Source of the DNA: Octopus sinensis
Lineage: Eukaryota
NCBI RefSeq assembly: GCF_006345805.1
Contig: NC_043020.1
Coordinates: forward strand, 16,616,001-16,680,000
DNA: 64,000 nt
Direction: 5' to 3'
Of the stretch, positions 12,058 through 23,850 are shown in pieces. The notes under the pieces are model-generated. The model saw nothing but the letters and a program-made list of their open reading frames with translations, made no database searches and was not told where the DNA came from. The translations under genes were made by a program, and so were the position numbers. Numbering within the stretch: the first letter of the stretch is position 1; each line of letters opens with the position of its first letter.

Positions 12058-12428
12058 TCATTTTACTCTTTACTCGTTTCAGTCATTTGACTGCGGCCAT
12101 GCTGGAGCACCACCTTTAATCAAGCAACTCGACCCTGGGACTTATTCTTTTGTAAGCCCAGTACTTATTTTATCGGTCTCTTTTGCCGAACCGCTAAGTA
12201 ACGGGGACATAAACACACCAGCATCGGTTGTCAAGCAATGCTAGGGGGACAAATACATTTTTTTTTCTGAAGATTCAGTTGTCAAGCAATGCTAGGGGGA
12301 CAAATTCATTTTTTTTTTCTGAAGATTCAGTTGTCGAGTCTCATAGAGACAATGACAGGGTGACATGCAGTGGGACTGAACCCAAAATCATGTGGTTGGG
12401 AAGCAAGCTTCTTACCACGTAGCCATGC
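12058..12428 (-). mobile_element. F1 SINE, rearranged, with an internal 51-52 nt tandem duplication
   Basis: F1 tail 12058-12250, duplicated block 12227-12335, head fragment 12355-12428. Confidence 0.75.
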
Positions 12429-13687
12429 CAGATTTTTTTCTTTCTTTTTTTTCTAAAGATTAAGTTTATATTTGAGACATTATAAATGTAAATGAACTTG
12501 TAGTTTGTACATTTTCAAATTTCAGAAAATTAGTGTCAGAACATTTTAATTTCACCATTTCAGTAGCTTTATCAAAGAAATGGTGAAGAGATATGCAAAA
12601 CTAGACTTTCTGAATATAAACTGTAAGCTAAAGTCTAAGAGTTCAGTATAAAAGATATGAGCATTATATAAGCACCAGTTCGATAGAGAAAAAAAGAACA
12701 ACCGCCAAACCAAGTGACAGAACATAGCAGTGGGTTTGGTGCTACTGTTCCATGCATGTGTTCATGTATATATACATATATGTTTGTGTGCATGTGTATT
12801 TTTATCACCTATTTCATAATATTTTCTTAATTCTGTGTAATAAAGATATCAGCCATTTCTTAACATATCTGTGGTGTTTGGCAATAAACACTGGGTTTTT
12901 TTTTTTTTATATATTTTCCTTGATATTTGCTATTCTATTGGATTCACTGAACATATATTATTTGTGGATCATTTATCAGTAAACACATAGCAAACATTTA
13001 AATTTAATGATCAAAAGTTTCTATAATGTGAGCTTTCTCTTTGTTTAAACAATCACTTCCACACATTATTATGGACTATTTTATCAAAATATTAAAATCG
13101 ATATTTTTTTTCAATGTATTCCATGGACACCAAGTAATGAAATGTTTCTTTTAATGGTGAATTTTGTATGCAGCATTTTTGAAAAATTTTGCTAATTATA
13201 AAATATGGATCTAGTGATATAAACATTTAAAATAGGCTTAAAGGAAATTGATTTGATTGGCTGGAAATCAATCAATAATCAGTGAAAAATATCTGCTGAA
13301 TAATTAACTCTTAACATCCTATTGAAAATATTCTAGGTCAAAAGCACAGCTTAATCCTGTAATGATTCCATTTCAGAACAGAGATGAGTGATAGATGAAG
13401 GGGTTAGAGGTTTCTCCCTTATATCTGAAAGGTTTTCAGTTTCTTTGAAATGAATGTAAACAAGTTTAGTATGATTCTTGTGATATCATGCATTTCAGGA
13501 CTGGCTGATCAATGCAGTTCCATGCAGTACTGTGTTGTACAAGAAGTTATGAGTTAATCAACTGATCTATACTTTTTTGCCATCTGTTTATTTCTACAAA
13601 TGCAAATGTTCATGCAAAATATATTTGGTGTAATCTAGTATTGACAAATATCTTCTGAGAAATACAGCATTAAAAATTTTTATATCT

Positions 13688-14070
13688 CTTATCTTTTACG
13701 TGTTTCAGTCATTTGACTGCAGCCAGGCCAGGGCACCACCTGGAACAGTTTTACTCAAAAAAATTGACCCTAGGCCTTTTTTTAAAAGCCTGGTACTTAT
13801 TCTATCTGTCTCCTCTGCCAAACCACTAAGTTACTGGGCTATGACCACACCACACCACCGCTGGTTGTCAAGTGGTGGTGAAAACAAACACACACACACA
13901 CACATATCTATACAACAGACTTCTTTCAGTTTATGTCTACCAAATCCAATCACAAGGCATTGATCAGCCTGAGGCTACAGTACAAGACACTTGCCCAAGG
14001 CACCACACAGTGGGACTGAACTTGAAATCATGTGGGTGGTAAGCAAGCTTCTTACCACACAACCATGTCT
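13688..14070 (-). mobile_element. F1 SINE, diverged
   Basis: Reverse complement of F1. Confidence 0.8.
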
Positions 14071-14149
14071 GTAATACTTTGTGACTAAATATCAGCAACC
14101 CCTTAAATGGAAGAGACATTTTAGCTAACTGGAAACACACAAAACCTGT

Positions 14150-14548
14150 TACTCTTTTACTTGTTTCAGTCATTTGACTGCGGCCATGCTGGAGCACCGC
14201 CTTTAGTCGAGCAGATCAACCCCGGGACTTATTCTTTGTAAGCCCAGTACTTATTCTATCGGTCTCTTTTTGCTGAACCGCTAAGTGACGGGGACGTAAA
14301 CACACCAGCATCGGTTGTCAAGCAATGCTAGGGGTACAAACACAGACACACAAACACATATATATATATATATATACATATATACGACAGGCTTCTTTCA
14401 GTTTCCGTCTACCAAATCCACTCACAAGGCATTGGTCGGCCCGGGGCTATAGCAGAAGACACTTGCCCAAGATGCCACTCAGTGGGACAGAACCCGGAAC
14501 CATGTGGTTGGTTAGCAAGCTACTTACCACACAGCCACTCCTGCGCCT
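14150..14548 (-). mobile_element. F1 SINE, near consensus
   Basis: Reverse complement of F1 ending cctgcgcct. Confidence 0.88.
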
Positions 14549-14859
14549 ATAAATTAAATTTATTTTTCGTTTATTTCTTGGGTGTTTGAAATTTCGTTAT
14601 GTAATTGGAATCTAGGTCAATGAGCTGTGTCAGTTCTCTGGCTGCAATTGTGCAACAAAAAGTTTTTTGTATCACATCACTTTCTAAACAACTTTTATTT
14701 GTATGTGTGTTTGTGTTTCTCCTTTTTGTTGTCTAAAATAGCGAGATTTCTGTAAGAAGCTTATGAAATTCTTATGAAGAAGCTTATGAAAGTCATATGG
14801 AGCCAAATCAAACTGTTTTAAATAATACACTCACACACATACACACGTATATACACACA

Positions 14860-15030
14860 TACATAGTGATTAGAATGTTTCACCCATGATCGTGAGATCT
14901 GGTTTCAATTCCCAGGCCAGCTGTGCATTGTGTTCTTGAGCAAAACACTTCATTTCACATTGCTCCAAGCCACTCAGTTATAAATGGTAACCCTGTGACT
15001 CACTGGTATGCCTTTCAGGGGAAATGTTAG
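14860..15030 (+). mobile_element. F4 tRNA-headed SINE (tgtgttcttgagcaaaacactt core)
   Basis: The core is shared with 17092-17385 and 26085-26290; B-box-like ggtttcaattccc. Confidence 0.65.
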
Positions 15031-15171
15031 CCAGAGTTCTGACCCAGCAGGTTGGCACCATTTGAAACTTAAAACAATACAAATTACATTGCGACAAGTA
15101 GTGTATGACAACACCTGATAGTCTTATCCATACCATGATATACATTTATCTATATATCTAGATTAATAGAT

Positions 15172-15478
15172 AGATATGTTTCTTTATTAGCCACACAGGG
15201 CTGCACAAAGACGGGACAAATTACAAGGTAGAGCTTTTCTTTTGGGGATAATAAAAGGGGGTTTGGTTTTCGATCAAAAGGGATTGTAAAAAGAAAGAGA
15301 AAGGCAAAAAAAAGGAGAGGAATAAAATAAAAGGAAAAAGAAAAGATCGATCAATAGGGATCGTTATCACAGAAATGGCAATATAAAGTGTAAAGGAGAG
15401 GACAGGTGAGGTTTATCCGTGGAAAGAAAAGCCTACGGAAAAGACCACGGTAACCTCGGTCAATGAAGTCACATGTTA
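15172..15478 (-). mobile_element. LINE 3'-end fragment whose tail resembles the F2 long tail
   Basis: On - it ends tttgtcccgtctttgtgcagccctgtgtggctaataaagaaac; inserted in a (GATA)n/(TA)n tract. Confidence 0.55.
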
Positions 15479-16440
15479 GATAGATAGATTGATACATAGA
15501 GAAGGAAAGAGAGAGAGAGATACGGAGAGAAGGAAAGAGAGAGAGAGAGAGATTTTACACTTAGATGGCAGAGATGAGCTTTTTTTTTTCCAAATTTGTA
15601 CATTTGCATAATGTTGGTGCAGTTGTTCCCATAACTGATATTTAATTGATACCATTAGGATTGGAATATTTTTGTCACTCAGATAAACAGTATGAAACAA
15701 ACTGACTTAAGAGCACATTTTTTTGATAAATATTTAAAAGGAAATATTTTTTTAAAAAATGGAACACAAGAACAACCATCAGCCAAAGGTGACGATCTTA
15801 TTAAGAATTTATATTTTCATTATTTTACTTTTGGACTGTTTATGTGACAAGTAATTTTTTCTTCATTGTTTTCATTTGAGGAGAGTAGTTTACTCCTTTT
15901 TTCTCTCTTTTGGAGTAAAAGTAATTATTTATTGTTCAATGTAAAACGCAAGGTTGAAAGTTCAAATCCAGTTAAATTTTAGTATTCTGTATTGTATTAA
16001 TTAATGATTATTTTTTTATACCCTATCATCAATATGGATCTTCAGTGTAGGGCATAGAGTGTAGATTGAAAGCTACTTGAAGTTATACTCTCTATATTGT
16101 CCATTCTGTTTTCCATCATCTGTTGATGCATATTTTTATCACGTTATATCACACTGATATCTCTATATCTCGTTTATATTGATTTCTTAGATATGCATTA
16201 GACATGTGCATTAGATAGATATGTGCATAGCCTTGAATTGAGTTGGCAGAGGGCAATAGTTAATTGCATCATCTGCAGAATCTAACTGGTATTTTATCGA
16301 CCCCAAACAGATAAAAGCCATCCTTTAGAATTTAAACCACCCATATTAGGCCCAAATATTCTACCTGCTTTATGTTTAAAACTGATCAGATCCAACCTTT
16401 CATGTTTACACTACAATTTCATTCTAAGAAATAAAGAATC

Positions 16441-17052
16441 AGGAGTGGCTGTGTGGTAAGTAGCTTCTTTACCAATCACATGGTTCCGGGTTCAGTCCCA
16501 CTGCGTGGCATCTTGGGCAAGTGTCTTCTACTATAGCCTCGGGCCGACCAAAGCCTTGTGAGTGGATTTGGTAGATGGAAACTGAAAGAAGCCCATCATA
16601 TATATGTATGTATATATATATATATATATATATATTTCTTTACTACCCACAAGGGGCTAAACACAGAGGAGACAAACAAGGACAGACAAACGGATTAAGT
16701 TGATTACATCGACCCCAGTGCGTAACTGGTACTTAATTTATCGACCCCGGAAGGATGAAAGGCAAAGTCGACCTCGGCGGAATTTGAACTCGGAACGTAA
16801 CGGCAGACGAAATACGGCAACGCATATATATGTGTGTGTGCATGTATGTATGTGTGTCTGTGTTTGTCCCCCTAGCATTGCTTGACAATCAATGCTGGTG
16901 TGTTTATGTCACCGTCACTTAGCGGTTCGACAAAAGGGACCAATAGAATAAGTACTAGGCTTACAAAAGAATAAGTCCCGGGGTCAAGTTGCTAGATTAA
17001 AGGCGGTGCTCCAGCATGGCCGCAGTCAAATGACTGAAACAAGTAAAAGAGT
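16441..17052 (+). mobile_element. F1 SINE with nested antisense F2-long (16633-16825)
   Basis: The F1 halves flank an F2-long fragment inserted in the internal (TA)n. Confidence 0.88.
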
Positions 17053-17091
17053 AATCATATCAATGAGGTTTTGAAACCAAGAGATAATGCT

Positions 17092-17385
17092 CTTCAGTGG
17101 TTACGGCATTGGGCTCACAATCATGAGGTAGTGAGTTCGATTTCTGGGCTGGGTTGTATGTTGTGTTCTTGAGCAAGACACTTTATTTCATGTTGCTCCA
17201 GTCCACTCATCTGTAGAAATGAGTTGCAACATCACTGGTGCCAAACTGTATCGGCCCCTTTGCCTTTCACTTGGAAAGGGGCATGGAAAGGGGAGACTGG
17301 TATGCATGGGCAACTGCTGGTCTTCCATAAACAATTTTGCCCAGAGTTGTGCCTTGGAGGGTAACTTTCTATGTGCAATCCCATG
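17092..17385 (+). mobile_element. F4 SINE
   Basis: cagtggtta...gagttcgatttc A/B-box-like head plus the tgtgttcttgagcaagacactt core. Confidence 0.7.
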
Positions 17386-17724
17386 AATGCTAAAGAGTTA
17401 AAGTAGGATTTGAACTAAGAGCATAAAAGGCTATCTGAATACAGGGTTTTACAAATATTTTGTTTTGATTTTAGAACCAAAAGACAAACAAGTGTAATGG
17501 TTGTTAGTATATCATAATGGTTAAGATGGCACCCTCAACCATGTAATCAGCTGGAATAAATCCCCAAAGGATGAAAGATAAAGTTGACTTTTTGTATGTT
17601 AGGAGACAACAATATTTCATTGAGGGAATTCATCACAAAACAGTAAATTAAAATACGCCCTTAATTTAAAAGGCCCATGTATTGTTGTTATCATTATTGT
17701 TGTTGTTGTTATTGTTAGGGTGGT

Positions 17725-18180
17725 GAAGGTGGCATATTGACAGAATCATTAGCATACTGGCCAAAATGCTTAGTGTTGTTCCTTCTGGTTTTACATTCTG
17801 AGTTTAAATTCTTATTTCTTTATTGCCCACAAGGGGCTAAACACAGAGGAGACAAACAAGGACAGACAAAGGGATTAAGTCGATTACATCGACCCCAGTG
17901 CGTAACTGGTACTTAATTTATCGACCCCGAAAGGATGAAAGGCAAAGTCGACCTCGGCGGAATTTGAACTCAGAACGCAGTGGCGGACGAAATACCACAA
18001 AGCATTTCACCGGCTTGCTAACGTTTCTGCCAACTTGCCGCCTTGAGTTTAAATTCTGCCAAGGCTAACTTTGCCCTTCATCATTTTAGGGTCAATAAAA
18101 TAAGTACCAGTTGAATACTGAGATCAATGTAATCAAACCCCAAACTTGTTGATCTAGTACCAAAATTTGAAATCATTATT
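17725..18180 (+). mobile_element. F2 SINE hosting an antisense full-length F2-long (17813-18043)
   Basis: 14-bp TSD tgagtttaaattct at 17799-17812 and 18044-18057. Confidence 0.9.
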
Positions 18181-18192
18181 ATTATTATTGTT

Positions 18193-18660
18193 TAGGTGGC
18201 AAGCTGGCAGAATCATTAGCACACTGGGTAAAATGCTTAGCAGCATTTCATCCATCTCTACATTCTGAGTTCAAATTATGCCAAGGTCAACTTGACCTTT
18301 CATCTTTTCAGGGTCAATAGATTAAGTACCAGTAAAACACTGGAATCAATATATATTTCTTTACTACCCACAAGGGGCTAAACACAGAGGGGACAAATGA
18401 GGACAAACAGATTAAGTCGATTACATCGACTCCAGTGCGTAACTGGTACTTAATTTATCGACCCCGAAAAATTAAAGGCAAAGTCGACCACAGCGGAATT
18501 TGAACTCAGAACGTAACGACAGACAAAATACGGCTACGCATTTCACCCGGCGTGTTAACATTTCTGTCCGCTCGCCACCTTGGAACACTGGAATCGATAT
18601 AATCGCCTAGTCCTCTCCCACCAAATTTCAGACCTTGTGCTTTTAGTAGAAAGAATTATT
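18193..18660 (+). mobile_element. F2 SINE hosting an antisense F2-long (~18354-18580)
   Basis: 18-bp TSD aacactggaatc(a/g)atata at 18336-18353 and 18584-18601. Confidence 0.9.
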
Positions 18661-19140
18661 ATTATTTTATTATCATCATTATTATTTTTATTATTATTAT
18701 TATGGTAGTGGTGGTAGTTTTAATCAGGTTATCTTGTTTTCAGGACACTGGATGGCAGTAATAAACAGTAGAGCAGTAGATTAAAATGCCTTGTGGTATT
18801 TAAGCTTTGTCAGTTTTGCTTTTCATCTTGGTTTTGATGAATATTTACAATAAATAATGTAAATATAGATTCTAATGACAAAGTTAATAGTCTGGAAAAA
18901 TTATAGTCTTAACAAACAACTCATCTCAGTCATTTAGACATCTTTTAATGTATTCCAGTATTAAAACACTGGATTCTACATAAATCTCTCTTTCTCTCTC
19001 TCTCTCTCTCACACACGTGTTATATGCATATCTGTCTCTCTATCGATTGATCAATAAAATACATACCAGTTGAGCACTGAGATCAAAGTAATTAACTACC
19101 CACCTCCCCTAGAATTTCAGGCCTTGTGTGTAAAATAGAA

Positions 19141-19171
<31 letters not shown>

Positions 19172-19179
19172 TATTATTA

Positions 19180-19590
19180 GGGCAATGAGCTGGCACAATC
19201 CTTAGCATACCAGGCAAAATGCTTAGCGGCATTTCAGCCATCTTTACATTCAGAGGTCTAATTCCTATTTCTTTATTGCCCACAAGGGGCTAAATATGGA
19301 GGGGACAAATAAGGGCAGACAAAGAGATTAAGTTGATTAGATCGACCCCAGTGTGTAACTGGTACTTAATTTATCGACCCCGAAAGGATGAAAGGCAAAG
19401 TCGACCTCAGCGGAACTTGAACTCAGAACGTAATGGCAGACGAAATACTGCTAAGCATTTCGCCCGGCATGCTAACGTTTCTGCCAGCTTGCCACCTTGG
19501 TCTAATTCCATCATGGTTGAGTACTGGAGTCAGTGTAATCAGCTTGCCCCTTCCCTCAAATTTCAGGCCTTGTGCCTATAGTAGAAATAA
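19180..19590 (+). mobile_element. F2 SINE hosting an antisense F2-long (19266-19497)
   Basis: 11-bp TSD ggtctaattcc at 19255-19265 and 19499-19509. Confidence 0.88.
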
Positions 19591-20314
19591 TTATTATTAT
19601 TATTATTAGTAGTAGTAGTAGTAGTAGTGCATGATGGTGCTGGTGGTTTTAATCAGGTTATCTCGTTTTCAGGCAGTAGATGCTTTTGGAAAAGTAGGGA
19701 AAGGTGACCTTAATGCTAGATGAAAGAGAACAGAATGGGATTCATGTGTGCCTTGGCACCACCTCCTTTCAGCTGACATAAAAAGCTAAAAAGTGTGCAC
19801 ATGATAGACATCAGAGATGAACCATAGATAAGAGATGTGAGATTTCTCAACTTGATATTAATACTGCCTCTGTCACTGATATATTTTTTTTTAACAAGTT
19901 CACTTTCTAATGGCACTGTTAGTCTATATATCACTCGTGGGGAAATGAGTCACTGCTGTTTTTAGCAATCACGTGTCCATCATTGACAAAACCAAGGATC
20001 GTTGAAATCACATGATGTGCTGGTCTCAGTGCTTGAGGTGATGGGGGTTTATTTCCTCACTAGTGGTATAAACGAGTGCATTTTGCACCAAAAAGACAAT
20101 ATGAGAGTTTCTCTCATGCTATCTACCTCAGTATAGTTTGTTCTAACACAACATCCTGGTTTAATTGGGGATAAATAAATATGATGAACATTAGTTCAGT
20201 CCTTGCTGCCCCACTCAGGTGAAGTGTACAGGCTAAGGCTGAAACATTTGTGACCGTGAGATACCTGCTGATGATGCAGAAAGGTTTCCAGCATTGCAAT
20301 GGGTTTAGAAGAGC

Positions 20315-20740
20315 TTGTATCTCTCAACCATTCTCGCATCTCTCGACCATTCTTGTATCTCTCCACCATTCTTATATTTCTCAACCATTCTCATATCTCT
20401 CGACCATTCTCGCATCTCTCCACCATTTTCCTATCTCTCAACTATTCTCATATCTCTCAACCATTCTTATATCTCTTGACCATTCTCGCATCTCTCGACC
20501 ATTCTTGTATCTCTCAACCATTCTCCTATCTCTCGACCATTCTCATATCTCTCAACCATTCTCATATCTCTCGACCATTCTCGCATCTCTCCACAATTCT
20601 TGTATCTCTCAACCATTCTCCTATCTCTCAACCATTCTCCTATCTCTCGACCATTCTCATATCTCTCGACCATTCTCGCATCTCTCGACCATTCTTGTAT
20701 CTCTCCACCATTCTCGTATTTCTCAACCATTCTCATACGT
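20315..20740 (+). repeat. 19-bp minisatellite array 1 (CCATTCTCCTATCTCTCGA-type, ~22 units)
   Basis: Direct reading of tandem units. Confidence 0.92.
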
Positions 20741-20799
20741 CTCAGCTATTCTCTGTTTGTCCAATAACCTCCCTTTTCAATTAAAAGAGATTCTAAAGC

Positions 20800-21005
20800 A
20801 GCAAATTTTCCGAATCATTAGTATGCCAGACAAAATGCTTAACAGCATTTTGTCCATCTTTATGTTCTGTGTGGAAATTCCGCGAAGGTCATCTTTCTCT
20901 TTCATCTTTTTTGGTGGGGATCAATAAAATCCAGCACTGGGATTGGTGAAATCGACTTAACCTATGCCCCCAAAATTACTGGCCTTGTGCCAAAATTTGA
21001 AACCA
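20800..21005 (+). mobile_element. F2 SINE (gccttgtgccaaaatttgaaacc tail)
   Basis: Diverged F2 head and core with the alternative tail. Confidence 0.7.
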
Positions 21006-21131
21006 CTTAAAAGAGACTCAGGAACAGCATGAATATCAAAAATTACTATTTCTAAATCTCACAATGTGAGATATTCAGCAACAGTATTTCAAGCGAGAAT
21101 TCGGCAGCGCCACCTCTAGCCGAGCAATTAT

Positions 21132-21176
21132 TCTGTGCTGATGAAGGAAAATAACCCAGAAATCGCAATACACAGA
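21132..21176 (+). ncRNA. Minimal type-I hammerhead ribozyme motif (sense to tomosyn)
   Basis: Stem I tctgtg/cacaga (6 bp), core CTGATGA, weak stem II a-gg-aaaataac-cc-a, GAAA, stem III at-cgca-at, triplet AUA. Confidence 0.6.
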
Positions 21177-21984
21177 TATTGATTTGAGCTGAGTGAGAGT
21201 GCTAGATTCCCTTGTTCGAAAACATAAGGACACAGATCGTGTCGTATAGCCAGCTGGAGATGACGTCTCCTGAGGCTAAATTAGAGCAACACTAGTCCTA
21301 AACCAGGACTGCCATGTTATGTTGGCAAACAATCTTTACTACACAGCATGAATGGCCGGACATCAAAGCAATCTAACACTTCATCTACGCACTACTCAAG
21401 TGTGGTGTTCACCAAACAGCTTACGCCTGAAAACAAATATATTGATATAAGTCGTTTATCCTAATCATGATCAACACAATACTTACAGAATTCAAACTAG
21501 CAACTACAGAATGTTTTTGTTTTCTTTTCATTTGATGCCAGGGAGTGTGTGGTGGGGGGGGGGAAGGGTTAACAAATATTATTGGCAACAGCATCTGATA
21601 ATATTTGTTCCAAGGGATTCCGTTAACTGCTGATTGGTCCCCGTGGAGGTAGAAACAGTTTTTGTGTTGTTTATTTTATTATTTAAAAAAATTTTTTTTT
21701 TTTTTTTGCTGCCAGAAAATGATACAGGTGTCACATTTTGAGTGAACAATACAAGTTACATTTGATCTAAGGACTAATCTACATCTCTCACTTACCCACA
21801 CCTGCAGCATCAATAAAAGATGTGAAGAACTGTTTGCATTCCTAAATCTCCAACAAAGCCTTATAGATAAATCTATAAATGACAATTATCCTGACTAATA
21901 AAACAGTCACATAACCTCCCCCCCCCCACAGCGTGCAAATTACCCATACTGTTATTGTCCAAGACTCATATTTGTCAACCTTGC

Positions 21985-22250
21985 TCCTATCTCTCGCCCA
22001 TTCTCCTATTTCTCGACCATTCTCCTATCTCTCGCCCATTTTCCTATCTCTCACCCATTCTCCTATCTCTCACCCATTCTCCTATCTCTCACCCATTCTC
22101 CTATCTCTCGCCCATTCTCCTATCTCTCGCCCATTCTCCTATCTCTCGCCCATTCTCCTATCTCTCACCCATTCTCCTATCTCTCGCCCATTCTCCTATC
22201 TCTCAACCATTGTCATATCTCTTGACCATTTTCCTATCACTCAACCTTTC
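21985..22250 (+). repeat. 19-bp minisatellite array 2 (~14 units, more homogeneous)
   Basis: Same unit as array 1 and the same 3' flank. Confidence 0.92.
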
Positions 22251-22544
22251 TCACATGTCTCAGCTATTCTCTTTCTGTCCAAATTACATCAGCTCTTATT
22301 TAAGCTTCAGGCCAAAAGATAGTACCTGCCCATGTGTGGATTTTGCTTTCTTCACCACTCACTTTTCTAACCTAGACAACAGCAACAGTGACTTTCAGTT
22401 ACTCTCTCTCAAAGCCTCTCTTCTCCACTCTTCTCTATGCATATTTATCCACCACCGCTTTCTAAACTCATTCAACTACCACCAACTTTCCAGCCATGTC
22501 TTTTCCTGCACTGAAGACATCCACTTCATTTCACCCCTCTTTAA

Positions 22545-23217
22545 CCCTTTTGATACCAACCTGTCTGAGACTGCCCCAGGTCCTCTAATGTAAGCTTACT
22601 GTTTTAAAGTAGTCTCAATTATAATCTTCCATCAAAATTTTATGTTAATTTGCTCCAAATCCCAGCTTAATAATGATAAAGTTATTTCACTAAATACCTC
22701 ATTAGATGCAGGTGTGGCTGTGTGGTAAGAGGCTCGCTTTGCAACTCATGGTTCCAGGTTCAGTCCCACTGCATGGCACCTTGGGCGAGTATCTTCTACT
22801 TTAGTCTCAGGCCAACCAAAGCCTTGTCCATGTATTTGGTATACAGAAACTGAAAGAAGCCTGTTGTATACATATATGTGATGTGTGTGTGTATCGTTTG
22901 TGTCCATGTTTGTTCCCCCATCACTGCTTGACAACTGGTGTTGGTGTGTTTACATCCCCATAACTTATGTGGTTCAGCAAAAGAGACTGATAAGTACTAG
23001 GCTTTAAGAAAATAAGTCCTGGGGGTCGATTTGTTGATTAAAAATTCAAGGCAGTGCTACAGCATGGCCACAGTCCACAGACTGAAACAAGTAAAAGAAG
23101 AAAAGAATTATTTTAAAAATTAATTGAAACAAAGACAGCATATCCTTAAATCCTTAAAAATGTTTTAGCCCGAAGGCTGCGGCCATGCTGGGGACAGAAA
23201 TATAGTAACAAAAGAGG
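22545..23217. mobile_element. TTAA MITE family B with nested F1 SINE (22705-23106)
   Basis: TTAA-CCCTTTTGATACC at 22541; ends gtaacaaaagaggTTAA at 23221. Confidence 0.75.
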
Positions 23218-23624
23218 TTAAGCCCATTGTCCTCAGTGATTTCAGCACTTAGCAAGTTTCTTACACTGTGCTTTTATGCACTGCTATTTATGCAGCTAGT
23301 GCAGATACTGAAACTTTTGCAATGCAATCCTTAACTTTCCACATCAAATAGTTTCATCACCTACTTGCAGAACATCGTTCTTATCCCCTACCCTAAGCAC
23401 TTCCAGATTGGCATCGCTGCACATGTTGGGTCTTCTTTACACTGCTTTATTGTAACAACTCAAACACAAATAGTATAAAATGCTTTCCCCTACCCCACCC
23501 TACCTCTGAGACCTTTATAATGCATCAAGTCACTTGACTGGTCACAGCTCTGACATTTCTATGTCAACTTTCCCTGATAGCCCCTGTACTTTGCACTTAA
23601 CCTATCAGACACAGCAAAGTATGT

Positions 23625-23850
23625 GCAAGCTGGCAGAAATGTTAGCAAGTCGGGCGAAATGCTTGGCAGTATTTCATCTGCCATTATGTTTTGAGTTCAA
23701 ATTCTGCCGAGGTTGACTTTGCCTTTCATCCTTTCAGAGTCGATAAATTAAGTACCAGTTACACACTGAGGTCGATGTAATCGACTTGATCCCTTTGTCT
23801 TTGTTTGCCCCTCTATGTTTAGCCCCTTGTGGGCAATAAAGAAATAAGAA
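23625..23850 (+). mobile_element. F2-long SINE, full length
   Basis: 14-bp TSD acagcaa(a/g)gtatgt at 23611-24 and 23851-64; tail aataaagaaataagaa. Confidence 0.9.

Larger units (their letters stand above)
16320..17400. mobile_element. TTAA MITE family A copy split by nested SINEs
   Basis: MITE pieces at 16320-16440, 17053-17091 and 17385-17400 (aatgctaaagagttaa) are colinear with 57976-58196. Confidence 0.7.

Noticed and set aside
14325-14552. Recurrent short ORFs such as ...RLPNPLTRLWSARGYSRRHLPK..., MLQHGRSQMTETSK and MIRSTPVCNWYLIYRPRKDERQ
   Set aside because: Chance frames of F1 and F2 SINE consensus sequences, repeated wherever the SINE occurs.
20265-20293. Hammerhead-like ctg-CTGATGA-tgca-GAAA-ggtttc-cag
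   Set aside because: Stem II is only 4 nt (no loop possible) and stem I only 3 bp; compatible with chance.
21541-21570. Possible G-quadruplex
   Set aside because: It depends on one mononucleotide G run of uncertain length and has no other support.
20250-22593. Long ORFs (225, 161, 129, 212 aa)
   Set aside because: They are stop-free readings of the 19-bp minisatellite; several frames are open and there is no recognisable domain.
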